From the NCBI GenBank assembly GCA_913057905.1, contig CAJXPB010000007.1, positions 57,807 through 121,806 of the forward strand: a DNA stretch of 64,000 nucleotides, given 5' to 3'. Of the stretch, positions 53,321-63,293 are shown piece by piece (the first letter of the stretch is position 1; the number at the start of each line of letters is the position of its first letter). Position numbers and translations under genes: made by a program. Under the pieces are notes generated by a model. It searched no databases, had not been told where the DNA came from, and worked only from the letters and a program-made list of their open reading frames with translations. The DNA is from an uncultured Pseudomonadota bacterium. GTDB taxonomy: Bacteria; Myxococcota_A; Bradymonadia; Bradymonadales; Bradymonadaceae.

Positions 53321-55230
53321 GGCTCCTCCGGTCTGGGAGAGACTCCGTCGACCTTGCGCGCCAACGCGGCTTCATTCGACGGGTCAAAATACGTCTCCAT
53401 GATGTGTTTGACGACGGGGCCCGCCTCTTGCCCCCCGTGGCCGGCATGCTCCAGGAACACGGCCACGACGATCTCCGGATCCTCGGCGGGAGCGTACGCC
53501 GCAAACCACGCATGGTCCCGCAGTCGGAACACCTTGTTTCGGTTTTGTATACGAACCTCACCGATCGAGTGAACCTGCGCAGTGCCGGTCTTGCCCGCCA
53601 CGTCGATCTCTTCGAGCCGGGCGTCGTAGGCGGTGCCCTCCTCGCGGTTGACCGCCCTCCGCAGCCCGCGCCGAATCACATCCAGATGCGCATCCTCGAT
53701 GCTCAACTTCTTTCGAACCTTCGGCTCGACATCGTACAGGACCCGCCCCTCGCCGGTCTGAATCCGGTCGACGATCCGCGGATACCAGAGGGTCCCGCCG
53801 TTGGCGACGGCGCCGTAGGCGAGCGCCACCTGCAACGGCGTCGCCAGTGTGTTTCCCTGACCCAGCACGACGTTGAGGGCGAATCCGGGTTGATACCCGT
53901 TCGGGCTGTGGCGCCGGTGCCACTCCCGGGTCGGCACCCGACCCTTCGATTCCTGATTGATCGATACGCCGGTTCGCTGACCGAAGCCGAAACGAAACGC
54001 GTGTTCCGACAACGGCTCGAGGCCCATCTCGTCGGCGAGCTTGTAGAAGTAGACGTCACAGGAGTGCTGGAGGGCCTCGGCCATGTCGACCTCCCCGTGT
54101 CCACCCCATTTCCAGCACCGAAACCGACGGCCGCCGAATCGGTAGTATCCCGGACAGTCGACCTCCTCGTCGGGCGAGAACTTCGCACGATCCAGCCCGG
54201 CCCACGCACCCACGATCTTGAAGACCGATCCCGGAAAGTATGCGTTGACCGTCTTGTCCAACATCGGCTTGAAGGGGTCGTTGTCGGCCTCCATTTTTTC
54301 GTGCGATGCCAACTGGCCAGACCATGAATTCGGGTTGAAACTCGGTTTGCTGTACATCGCCAGAATCGAACCATCCGAGGGGTCGAGGGCCACGGCCCCG
54401 CCGGAGGGATATGACGACATCGCCCGATGGACGGCCAACTGAAGTCGAGCGTCGATATTCAGGACCAGATCCCGGCCGGGCATCGGCTCGACCTCGTGGA
54501 GCTGCCCGAGCATCATTCGCGTCTCCTCGGAGCCCTGCGAGATCCCCCGGGCATTCACGACCTGACGATCGATCCCGGGAGCCCCTCGAAGCACCCCTTC
54601 GTAGGCCTCCTCGAGTCCCATCCGCCCGATGTAGTCGCCGGGGCCGTAGCCGACGTCGCGCAGATTGCGCAACTCCTTCTGATTGACCTCGCCCATGAAC
54701 CCGACCAGATGCGCGACGATCTCATCGAGGGGATACACACGCTTGGCGTGCGAGTGGACCTCCACGCCGGGCAAGTACATCTTGTCGGTCTCAAGTGCTG
54801 CCACCTGTCCCCGGGTGATATCCGAACGGACCGTCAGATCACCGTCCTCATTGGCGATGCTGGAGCGCAGATCATCGACCCTCTGGTCGGTCAGGTTCAG
54901 ATGACGACGGAGGCGATCGACGACCTCCTCGACGTCGTGCTGCCTCAGGATGTGCGGAACAACGACGACGTCGTAGGCCGTGCGATTTCCCGCGAGTTTC
55001 ACGCCGTTGCGATCGAAGATGCGGCCCCGTGGAGGGTCCTCTTCGACGTTGCGGACGATATTCTGGGTGCTGACGCGGTGGTACGTCTCGCCCTGAAGGA
55101 TCTGCAGATACCAGAGCCTTCCGAGCAGCACCGCAAAGGCGACGGCGACGGCGATATACAGCCAGCGATACCGGCTGTCACCGGGTGTCCCGCCCGAGGA
55201 GTTTTGAGAAGAGAGGTTCATCGAGGCCAA
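53317..55230 (-). CDS. mrdA: penicillin-binding protein 2 (elongasome transpeptidase)
   Basis: 637 aa. N-terminal anchor, SxxK as PGSVFK, and KTG as GKTGTAQV. Lies between mreD and rodA. Confidence 0.95.
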   Translation of the reverse strand: MASMNLSSQNSSGGTPGDSRYRWLYIAVAVAFAVLLGRLWYLQILQGETYHRVSTQNIVRNVEEDPPRGRIFDRNGVKLAGNRTAYDVVVVPHILRQHDVEEVVDRLRRHLNLTDQRVDDLRSSIANEDGDLTVRSDITRGQVAALETDKMYLPGVEVHSHAKRVYPLDEIVAHLVGFMGEVNQKELRNLRDVGYGPGDYIGRMGLEEAYEGVLRGAPGIDRQVVNARGISQGSEETRMMLGQLHEVEPMPGRDLVLNIDARLQLAVHRAMSSYPSGGAVALDPSDGSILAMYSKPSFNPNSWSGQLASHEKMEADNDPFKPMLDKTVNAYFPGSVFKIVGAWAGLDRAKFSPDEEVDCPGYYRFGGRRFRCWKWGGHGEVDMAEALQHSCDVYFYKLADEMGLEPLSEHAFRFGFGQRTGVSINQESKGRVPTREWHRRHSPNGYQPGFALNVVLGQGNTLATPLQVALAYGAVANGGTLWYPRIVDRIQTGEGRVLYDVEPKVRKKLSIEDAHLDVIRRGLRRAVNREEGTAYDARLEEIDVAGKTGTAQVHSIGEVRIQNRNKVFRLRDHAWFAAYAPAEDPEIVVAVFLEHAGHGGQEAGPVVKHIMETYFDPSNEAALARKVDGVSPRPEEP

Positions 55231-55233
55231 ATG

Positions 55234-55749
55234 TCAGGACCACGCGCCGGGCGCCGAAGCCCCGGTTCGCTCAAACAGTGAATCGAGCCAGCCCATACAT
55301 GCTCCGCCGACGGCCAAGAACACCGCCAACCCCGCCAGCCCGGGAATCGATTCTGCGACAATCGCTAGGCTGATGTCACTTCTGGGCATCACCAGCGTCG
55401 CTGACAGCCAGATCGCCAGGGGATACAGAGAGCCGAGGACGGTGCCGACGATGACCTGAGTCGGGCCCCAGCGCTTGGGGAGTCGGTTGCGCACCGTCCC
55501 GACGGCCAGAAAGACAGCGACGACCCCGACCGCCGCAAGGCCTCCCGGGACCCCCGAGATCCATTCGATCGGAATCAGCAATGCGCCCATGATCCCGGCC
55601 CCGACGATAAATGGCCGACGCGCACCGACCAAGACCGCCATCCCGACTCCCGACATGAGACCGCCCACGGTCCATCCCGTCGCCGCCAGCAACGCCGACT
55701 CCAGCGTGATCATCGCCACCCCGAATACCCATGTCAGCCACGGTGGCAT
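55234..55749 (-). CDS. mreD: rod shape-determining protein MreD
   Basis: 171 aa and very hydrophobic. Called from its position between mreC and mrdA. Confidence 0.85.
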   Translation of the reverse strand: MPPWLTWVFGVAMITLESALLAATGWTVGGLMSGVGMAVLVGARRPFIVGAGIMGALLIPIEWISGVPGGLAAVGVVAVFLAVGTVRNRLPKRWGPTQVIVGTVLGSLYPLAIWLSATLVMPRSDISLAIVAESIPGLAGLAVFLAVGGACMGWLDSLFERTGASAPGAWS

Positions 55750-55755
55750 GCTACC

Positions 55756-56592
55756 TCACTTTGTACCCGTGATGACGAAGACCTCTTCGATACGCGAGTA
55801 GTCGACCGACGGCTCTAGCCTCGCCTTCTGAAACAGACCCCGTTCCCGCTGCGTGACCGAGTCGACGGTCCCGACAACAAGCTCCGGCGGAAAGATCCCG
55901 CCCATGCCGCTGGTCACCATCACGTCGCCTTCGCGGACCCTGTCATTTCGTCTCAAATAACTGATCTCGGCCAAATAATCCTCCGCATGGCCGAGCCCCT
56001 TGACCACCCCATGGGCGCGGCTGCGTTGACTGATGACATCGATCCGGCTGCGGGGATCGGAGACGAGTACCACGTCGGCGAACGAACCGTAGGTGCGGTG
56101 AATCTGGCCGACCACGCCACCGGCCACGACGACTGGCATGCGCGGCTTCAGAGCGGCGTCGGTCTTTAACTTGAGCGTCAGAATGCGGAAATACGGGGAG
56201 ACGTCGCGAGCGACGATACGGGCCGGGGCGAGCTCGTATTCGTTGTGTCGACGTTTGAAGCCAACGAGTTTCCGAAGCCGCGCGTTCTCTTGAAGCACGC
56301 CGATCAACCGGGCCTTTTCCTCGCGAAGCCGGTCGACCTCCTCGCGCAATCGTTCGTTCTCTCGAACGAGATCCGCATCGGAGAAGATATCGAGATACCC
56401 TCCGATGCCAGCCAATGCCCCATGCTCACCGGTCTGGATCCAGGCGAGTCCCGACCGCAGCCACGCCCCCGGCGAGGTCGGCTGGTCTTCGCCGATTCCA
56501 CGGCCGCCGGCGACGGCGACCAGCGCCAACACCAGAGCCACCAACGCCCCGGTGGCGATCAAGCCTCTGTACGAACCGAATCGGTCCAACAT
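55756..56592 (-). CDS. mreC: rod shape-determining protein MreC
   Basis: 278 aa. TM helix, coiled coil (ENERLREEVDRLREEKARL), then beta domains (...VVTSGMGGIFP). Confidence 0.93.
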   Translation of the reverse strand: MLDRFGSYRGLIATGALVALVLALVAVAGGRGIGEDQPTSPGAWLRSGLAWIQTGEHGALAGIGGYLDIFSDADLVRENERLREEVDRLREEKARLIGVLQENARLRKLVGFKRRHNEYELAPARIVARDVSPYFRILTLKLKTDAALKPRMPVVVAGGVVGQIHRTYGSFADVVLVSDPRSRIDVISQRSRAHGVVKGLGHAEDYLAEISYLRRNDRVREGDVMVTSGMGGIFPPELVVGTVDSVTQRERGLFQKARLEPSVDYSRIEEVFVITGTK

Positions 56593-56608
56593 GTCGATGG
56601 ATCTTCAC

Positions 56609-57709
<1,101 letters not shown>

Positions 57710-58057
57710 TCAACTGCGAGTGTGAATGCCGAAGCGCGGGTCTGTCAGGGCGCTTCGACAGGCGCGCACTATTCCCCAATTCCTCCCGTCAGATCAACCA
57801 TCAAACGCATCGCCATTCACCGGAGCTTTCCCGGAACACCTTGAGCATGGCGCGAAACCGTCCCGCCGGCAAGCCTCACCGACGATCTCTGGCGGGTCGC
57901 ACTCCGTTGGCCGCTTGCATTGCCCCATTCGGCGGGATAATGTAGGCCGCCATTTATTGACCTTCGGGCCCACCCGAAGATAGCCGGTGTATTCGCCGGG
58001 CTGTCAGGGGCCTTCAACCGACCGAATCAACCAACTGGCCGACGGAGCCACGCACCC

Positions 58058-59953
58058 ATGCTCGAAAAAGTTCGTGCCTCGATGCAGAGCGGCGCCACCT
58101 ACTTGCTGGTCGCCGGTCTGACCGTCATCTTCATGTTCTTCTTCGGCATGCCCAGCCGCGGATGTTCCGGAGGTGCCAACGTTCGCCAGAACATGTTCCT
58201 GGCAAACGTCGGCGACGATGACGTCTACACCACCGACGTCGACCTCATCTTCAACCGCGTCTACGGCAATCAACGCAACACAGACGACTCGAACTACGAG
58301 CAACGTCGGGCGAGCGCCCTACGCGCCGCGGTGTTGATTCACCTGTTCGCCGACCGGGCTCGCGAGGAAGGCCTCCGCGTCGGCGAAAAGGAGTTCCAAG
58401 AATTCATGAAGAGCACCGTCCGGAACATGGAATTCCGGTACGCCTACGGCCGTGAGGGCTCGTGGTCGGGCCCCTATTACAAGGCGTACGTGCAAAACCG
58501 CATGGGCTCGACACCCACGAAATACGAGAGATTCAAGCGCGAGGAGCTGCTCGCACGAAAGTACCTCGCCACACAGGCGGCCCAGGTCGCGATCAATCCT
58601 GCCGAGCTCTCGTTCCAGAACAAGGTCGACAACACCCAGCTAAACCTCGAGTTTGTGGAGCTGACTCCCGGGGAACTCCAGAAACACGTCGAGGTCGACG
58701 CCGATGCGGTCTCGACGTTCGCTGATAACAACGCGGAACGCATCAAGAAGTACTACGAAGACAACCAGGACAAATACTCCACACCGGCCGAGTACAGGGT
58801 ACGCCGCGTCTACATCGTCAAGCCCGACGACACGGAGGGCGAAGAGAGCGATCAGTCCGCCCAGAAGCGCTGGGCTGAAGCGCAGAAGCGCGTCCTGGAC
58901 GATGGCGAAGCGGTCGCCGACGTCGCCGCCGAGCTCGGCGAGCCATTCCAGAAGGAGAACAAAGGCCTGATGGACTGGTCCGAAGCCGGCAACATGGACG
59001 AATCGATCGCTTCGGCGGTCGAAGACGCCAACGTTGGCGACGTCAAGAAAGTCGAGACCGACTACGCCTACATGCTCGTCAAACTCGAGGATAAGCGCCC
59101 GTCGACGTCGACTCCCCTCTCCGAGGCAACCGACGAGATCGCCGAAACCTTGCTCAAAGAGGACCGCGTCCAATCGATTCTCGACGACGTCACGTCCAAA
59201 CTCCTGAGCGCGGCCAATTCGAACGATTCCCTGCAGGCGGCCCTCAAATCCGTGACTTCCACGGATGAAGAGACCGACGAACAGAAAAACGCAGCCCTCT
59301 GGAAGAGCCTCGACGTGCAGACGACCGGCAATTTCGCGCTCAAGGGGCGCGATGGGGGTCAATTCGCCGCACAACTCCGACAGATGGGTCTGAGCGGCGG
59401 CGGCGGCTCATGGTCAAAGATTCCCAAGATCGGTGACAGCAAACCGCTGGCTGTCATGGCCTACAAGGAGCTGTCCTCCGACAATCCCATTGCCGATAAG
59501 GTCTTCGATGTCGAAGGGTCCAAGTACATCGTGGGACTCAAAAACCGCAGCGAACCCTCCGAGGACGGCGTCGACACCCAGACCCTCGAAGAGATGGAGT
59601 CCAAGCGAACCGATCAGGTCGTCGGCAAATGGAAAGAAGTCTTCGTCGACGGTGACTGGCGCATGACCTGGCCGCGCCCGCCGGTCAAGTTTGGCAACTG
59701 GATCGAAGCCCAGCTCGCCGAAGCGGTCGACAACGAAAGCGTCACCTTCAACGAGGCCTCCCCAGTCGCTTCCATCCTCGCCGCCGAATTCTCGGCGGCC
59801 GGCAGCGCCATGGCCCCGAAGGGTGGAAAGCAAAAACAGATCGAGTCGATCAAAAAGAAGATCCAACAGCAGATGAAAGGCGGCGGCTCGCCGATGCCCA
59901 AGCAAAAGCAGAAAGGCGGTGAGGAGAGCGGCGACTCGGAGAAGTCCGAATAG
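58058..59953 (+). CDS. PpiD/SurA-like periplasmic chaperone (parvulin-type PPIase family)
   Basis: 631 aa. N-terminal TM helix (YLLVAGLTVIFMFFFG), a SurA-N-like helical region, a parvulin-like segment around YRVRRVYIVKPDD...GDVKKVETDYAYMLVKLEDKR, and a Lys/Gly-rich tail. Confidence 0.78.
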   Translation: MLEKVRASMQSGATYLLVAGLTVIFMFFFGMPSRGCSGGANVRQNMFLANVGDDDVYTTDVDLIFNRVYGNQRNTDDSNYEQRRASALRAAVLIHLFADRAREEGLRVGEKEFQEFMKSTVRNMEFRYAYGREGSWSGPYYKAYVQNRMGSTPTKYERFKREELLARKYLATQAAQVAINPAELSFQNKVDNTQLNLEFVELTPGELQKHVEVDADAVSTFADNNAERIKKYYEDNQDKYSTPAEYRVRRVYIVKPDDTEGEESDQSAQKRWAEAQKRVLDDGEAVADVAAELGEPFQKENKGLMDWSEAGNMDESIASAVEDANVGDVKKVETDYAYMLVKLEDKRPSTSTPLSEATDEIAETLLKEDRVQSILDDVTSKLLSAANSNDSLQAALKSVTSTDEETDEQKNAALWKSLDVQTTGNFALKGRDGGQFAAQLRQMGLSGGGGSWSKIPKIGDSKPLAVMAYKELSSDNPIADKVFDVEGSKYIVGLKNRSEPSEDGVDTQTLEEMESKRTDQVVGKWKEVFVDGDWRMTWPRPPVKFGNWIEAQLAEAVDNESVTFNEASPVASILAAEFSAAGSAMAPKGGKQKQIESIKKKIQQQMKGGGSPMPKQKQKGGEESGDSEKSE

Positions 59954-59983
59954 CCGGTATCTCCCTGTCTCCCGATGAAAGAA

Positions 59984-60019
59984 CGCGGCCGGATGATCCG
60001 AGAGGTCATCCGGCCGCGT
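59984..60019. terminator. hairpin between the convergent ppiD-like and sqr genes
   Basis: 13-bp stem CGCGGCCGGATGA / TCATCCGGCCGCG (59984..59996 and 60007..60019). The U tract is weak (TGTTCGCTT). Confidence 0.5.
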
Positions 60020-60025
60020 GTTCGC

Positions 60026-61213
60026 TTACATCCTCCCCCTGAGCATCCCGTTCCAGTACATCTCCGGCAGCCCGTACTTCTTGAGCGCGTACATGCTGTA
60101 GCGCTCCTGGGCCTGGTCGAACGGAAAGCTCTCGTCGGGATTCCCGTCGTAGTCGAATTCACACAGAATCAACCGGCCGTACCCGGTCACCAACGGGCAT
60201 GAGGCGTAGCCGTTGTACTTCGCCCCCAGGGCGTCTCCTCGCATCTCTGAGAGCAGGTTCTCCACCGTCACGGGGACTTCCTTTCGCACGGCCGCCCCGG
60301 TCTTCGAGGTCGGCAGACTGCTGCAGTCACCCAGCGAAAAGATATTCGGGTACTCGACATGCTGCGTGGTGTACTTGTCGACGTCGACCCAGCCGTCTTC
60401 ATTGGCGATCGGACTCTCCTTGATGAAGTCGGGCGGGCCCTGCGGCGGCGTGACATGGATCATCTCGTAGTCGATGACCAACTGATCACCCCCTTCGATT
60501 TGCTCGAAGATCGCCTTCTTCTCCTCGGGCACGATCTCGACCAGGTCGACGCTGTAGTGCGTCTCGATGTCCCGCTCTTCGACGAGTTTCGACAGCGGGC
60601 GCGCATACGTCTCAACCCCGAAGATCCCGCCGGTCGCCGCCGCGTACACGACGTTGGACTGGTCTCGAATGCCCTGCTTGCGCATCCAGTGGTCGGCCAA
60701 CCACATGATCTTCTGAGGCGCGCCGGCGCATTTGATGGCCGTGTTCGGGAACGTAAAGACCGCATTGCCTTGCTTGAAGTGGCGTAGCGCATCCCAGGTC
60801 GAGTCGACGGTCTCGTACGAGTAGTTGCTGGCGATCCCATGGCTACCGACGTTACCGGCCAGGCCCTTGACCTGATCCCAATTCAACTGAATGCCGGCAG
60901 CCACGACCAGATAATCGTAAGTGTAGCGGTTTCCCGCGTCGGTCACGACCGCATTTTCCTCGGGCTGAAACTCGGAGGCTGCCTCCTGGATCCACTCCGC
61001 ACCGTCGGGAATGAATTCCGCCTCCTCGCGCCGCGAGATTTCCTTGTCAAAGACCCCGCCCCCGACGAGCGTCCAGATCGGCTGATAGTAGTGGTCTTCG
61101 GACGGTTCGATGATCCCGACATCCAATGGATCATCGAGATCGCGAAGTCGAGAGGCTACCGAGAGACCGGCAGATCCGCCGCCGATGATGAGCACTTGGT
61201 GATGATTCGACAT
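60026..61213 (-). CDS. sqr: type II sulfide:quinone oxidoreductase (SQRDL-like flavoprotein)
   Basis: 395 aa. FAD motif VLIIGGGSAGLSVA. The two redox-Cys contexts are IKCAGAPQKIMWLADHW and GDCSSLPTSKTGAAV, as in type II SQR. Confidence 0.88.
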   Translation of the reverse strand: MSNHHQVLIIGGGSAGLSVASRLRDLDDPLDVGIIEPSEDHYYQPIWTLVGGGVFDKEISRREEAEFIPDGAEWIQEAASEFQPEENAVVTDAGNRYTYDYLVVAAGIQLNWDQVKGLAGNVGSHGIASNYSYETVDSTWDALRHFKQGNAVFTFPNTAIKCAGAPQKIMWLADHWMRKQGIRDQSNVVYAAATGGIFGVETYARPLSKLVEERDIETHYSVDLVEIVPEEKKAIFEQIEGGDQLVIDYEMIHVTPPQGPPDFIKESPIANEDGWVDVDKYTTQHVEYPNIFSLGDCSSLPTSKTGAAVRKEVPVTVENLLSEMRGDALGAKYNGYASCPLVTGYGRLILCEFDYDGNPDESFPFDQAQERYSMYALKKYGLPEMYWNGMLRGRM

Positions 61214-61243
61214 GATACGCTCCTTTTGATCAGAATTCGACGA

Positions 61244-61966
61244 TTACTCGGCGGCCGAGTCGGTGAGTTGACCAGCCGGGGCTCCCTCTTCTTTCCCTTC
61301 CAGAAGCCGTCCAAACTCGCTTCCAAAGCGGATGGCGAAATTGATGCTGCGACGCACCTCGGTACGCCGCGACGCCCGCATCAGGTCGAAAAGCCCGGAG
61401 GTCTCCGGGCCCTCCCGGCCTACTTCGGCCATCGCCTCTCCCATCGTTCCGACCATCTTTACAGTATCGCCCTCAAAGACCCCCGATTCGATCAGAGCGT
61501 GGAAATGTTTGTCCTGCACGAGTTTCAGTAGCTTCTCGGCCGTCAACGCCATTGATTCAGTCAATTCCTCGACATCGATGCCCCGCTGGGCGGCCTCGGC
61601 GACCATCGAATCGAAGACATCGACGACCATCGCGATCGAACCGGGCAACTGATCGAGCATCTGGATCGTCTCTTCGATCCGATCCGACCGATCCAACGCC
61701 AGTTGCAAGGTCTCGAGGACCTGCGGCTCGGTTAGCTTCACCAGCACGGGAAGCAGGGCATTGACGCGGTCGTCGACGCTGGCGCCCCGCTCTTCGGCCC
61801 GTCGCGCGAAATCATCGGCCACGTTGGTGAATGTAGCGACGGCATCGGGCGCCTGGTCGAGTACCTCGACAACCCGGTCGAGTTTGTCTTCAATGCGCTC
61901 CATCCGCTGCTCGAGCGCCTCCAGGCGCTCGTCAGCAGAGGAGGCATCGGCGAGTGAGGAGACCAT
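61244..61966 (-). CDS. helical protein with an internal duplication, possibly DUF1641-like; co-transcribed with sqr
   Basis: 240 aa with GGAGG 8 nt upstream. It has two similar halves (VEVLDQAPDAVATFTNVADDFARRAEERGASVDD vs IQMLDQLPGSIAMVVDVFDSMVAEAAQRGIDVEE). The DUF1641 assignment is from memory of sqr/NADH-dehydrogenase neighbourhoods and has not been searched. Confidence 0.65.
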   Translation of the reverse strand: MVSSLADASSADERLEALEQRMERIEDKLDRVVEVLDQAPDAVATFTNVADDFARRAEERGASVDDRVNALLPVLVKLTEPQVLETLQLALDRSDRIEETIQMLDQLPGSIAMVVDVFDSMVAEAAQRGIDVEELTESMALTAEKLLKLVQDKHFHALIESGVFEGDTVKMVGTMGEAMAEVGREGPETSGLFDLMRASRRTEVRRSINFAIRFGSEFGRLLEGKEEGAPAGQLTDSAAE

Positions 61967-62368
61967 CAGAAACCTCCGGTAGCTTCAGGGAACAAGTCAC
62001 ACTTCTCGGCTGCACCCGATCTAACCTGCAATTCCCTTACCAGCCCGGCTCATGCCCCGGTTCGCGGGATTCCCGGAAGGTTGAGACGCGCAGATGTTGC
62101 AGATGAAACACCGCGTTGAAACGAAGTGAGATGGAGCGGCGTGTGGGGGATATCTAGCCGACTGGAGATTCCGACACGGTCTCTGGTTGGTCTGCGAACG
62201 TTGGTCACCCCGGTCTCCCTCGACGCCCTGAACCACAGGGCGACTCGGTCGAACCGGGCGATCACGCGGCGTGTCGCGCCTGCGGCACGCCGCCGCGGGA
62301 TAGGCAAAGGCATTGAGGATGCCGTAAGCGTCCGCCCACCCACGCCACAGAGAGGGTGGGAGGGAGGA

Positions 62369-62394
62369 TAGGACATCGGAATGGGGATGCGGAC
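62369..62394. repeat. 26-nt direct repeat copy 1: TAGGACATCGGAATGGGGATGCGGAC
   Basis: Identical to 62437..62462, with a 68-nt period. It is also the reverse complement, with one mismatch over 20 nt, of 62582..62601. Confidence 0.9.
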
Positions 62395-62436
62395 TGCAGC
62401 AAACCGACATCCACGTTCTTCACGTCAGAGAGAAAG

Positions 62437-62462
62437 TAGGACATCGGAATGGGGATGCGGAC
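62437..62462. repeat. 26-nt direct repeat copy 2 (forms one arm of the long hairpin)
   Basis: Identical to 62369..62394. Confidence 0.9.
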
Positions 62463-62601
62463 CGAGGGCTGGCGAGCTGAGTTTGTGTTTGCTCTAAGTC
62501 GTGAAACGTAGGCGTACCCGGAGGGTACGTCGAGGCTTCACGACAACGAGCAAACCGACCTCAGCCGCCAGACCGACGGGAGCATCCCCATGCCGATGTC
62601 C
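62439..62601 (-). other. 163-nt rod-like imperfect inverted repeat directly downstream of tRNA-Gly (candidate structured RNA, oversized terminator or MITE-like element)
   Basis: Stems read from the sequence: 62439-58/62582-601 (20 bp, 1 mismatch); a 10x10 internal loop; 62469-81/62560-71 (12 bp plus a bulge); 62488-94/62548-54 (7 bp); 62498-505/62537-44 (8 bp); 62513-19/62523-29 (7 bp, 3-nt loop). The structure is certain; its function is unknown. Confidence 0.7.
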
Positions 62602-62606
62602 AAAAA

Positions 62607-62679
<73 letters not shown>

Positions 62680-62690
62680 GAGCCACCCTG

Positions 62691-62719
62691 TAAATAATCG
62701 GTGGCGACCCCCGTGTCAA
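62691..62719 (-). promoter_or_regulatory. sigma70-type promoter for tRNA-Gly (TTGACA-17 nt-TATTTA)
   Basis: On the minus strand the -35 TTGACA is at 62719..62714 and the -10 TATTTA at 62696..62691. The -10 ends 12 nt before the mature tRNA 5' end. Confidence 0.55.
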
Positions 62720-62726
62720 GGGCGTC

Positions 62727-63215
62727 TCATTCCTGTTGCGGTTGGTCTTGTTTCTGGTTGTTCTGGTCCCGCTGGATCGAGCGAAAGTCCAGTTTATTCA
62801 GTTGTTCCTCGGGGATTTCGACCTTTTCGATCTCGAGGTTGTCCTGAGCTCGAATCGCTTTCAGATCCTCGGGATTGACGGTCGGCCTCGAATGTTTGGG
62901 CGACCCGTCGCCCGGTTTCGCGGTGTTGATGCCGCTGTCGGACGATGCGGTCTTGTTGTCGCGGTCCATGCGCACGACCTCGACTTCGGTAGGAGTCTCC
63001 TTGGGCTCTTTCGCCTCCGTGGACTCTTCGTCCTTCGAAGGCGAATCATCCCTGGCCGTCGGGGTCGGTTTCTGGGTCTCCGACTCCTTGTAGGAGTCAA
63101 ACTGGACCTTTTCGGATTCGGATTCAGGGACTGAATCCGAGCCACCCGAGGCGATCAGATACGCGCCTCCTGCGGCGACCACGGCAACGACAACTGCAGC
63201 AATGAACTTGTTCAT
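62727..63215 (-). CDS. hypothetical membrane-anchored low-complexity protein
   Basis: 162 aa. N-terminal helix MNKFIAAVVVAVVAAGGAYLIA, then a Ser/Glu/Lys/Pro/Thr-rich region and a Gln-rich tail. The gene is visibly less GC-rich than its neighbours. Confidence 0.6.
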   Translation of the reverse strand: MNKFIAAVVVAVVAAGGAYLIASGGSDSVPESESEKVQFDSYKESETQKPTPTARDDSPSKDEESTEAKEPKETPTEVEVVRMDRDNKTASSDSGINTAKPGDGSPKHSRPTVNPEDLKAIRAQDNLEIEKVEIPEEQLNKLDFRSIQRDQNNQKQDQPQQE

Positions 63216-63252
63216 AGAACGTCTCTTCGGTGTTCAACACACAAACAGGACG

Positions 63253-63280
63253 GCCCGCCCCGGCGTGCGCCGGGGCGGGC
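63253..63280 (-). terminator. dnaK terminator hairpin
   Basis: 13-bp stem GCCCGCCCCGGCG / CGCCGGGGCGGGC. On the minus strand it is followed by CGTCCTGTTTGTGTGTT. Confidence 0.55.
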
Positions 63281-63293
63281 ATCCGTATTCAGC

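Noticed and set aside
57908-57923. TGGCCGCTTGCATTGC upstream of the ppiD-like gene as a sigma54 promoter
   Set aside because: The GG-to-GC spacing is 11 nt for one register and 6 nt for the other, not the required 10 nt.
62146-62200. Possible tmRNA 5' end (GGGGGATATCTAGCCGACTGGAGATTCCGACACGG loosely resembles GGGGCTGATTCTGGATTCGACGGG)
   Set aside because: There is no matching tRNA-like 3' end (T-arm GGTTCGA...CCACCA) and no tag reading frame on either strand within several hundred nt. I also found no RNase P (GGAAAGTCCGG) or SRP (GGAAGCAGC) core motifs in 61967-62368.
62369-62462. Possible mini-CRISPR (two identical 26-nt repeats with a 42-nt spacer)
   Set aside because: There are only two direct copies. 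The third copy is inverted and base-pairs with copy 2 to form a long hairpin. No cas genes or leader are present in the window.
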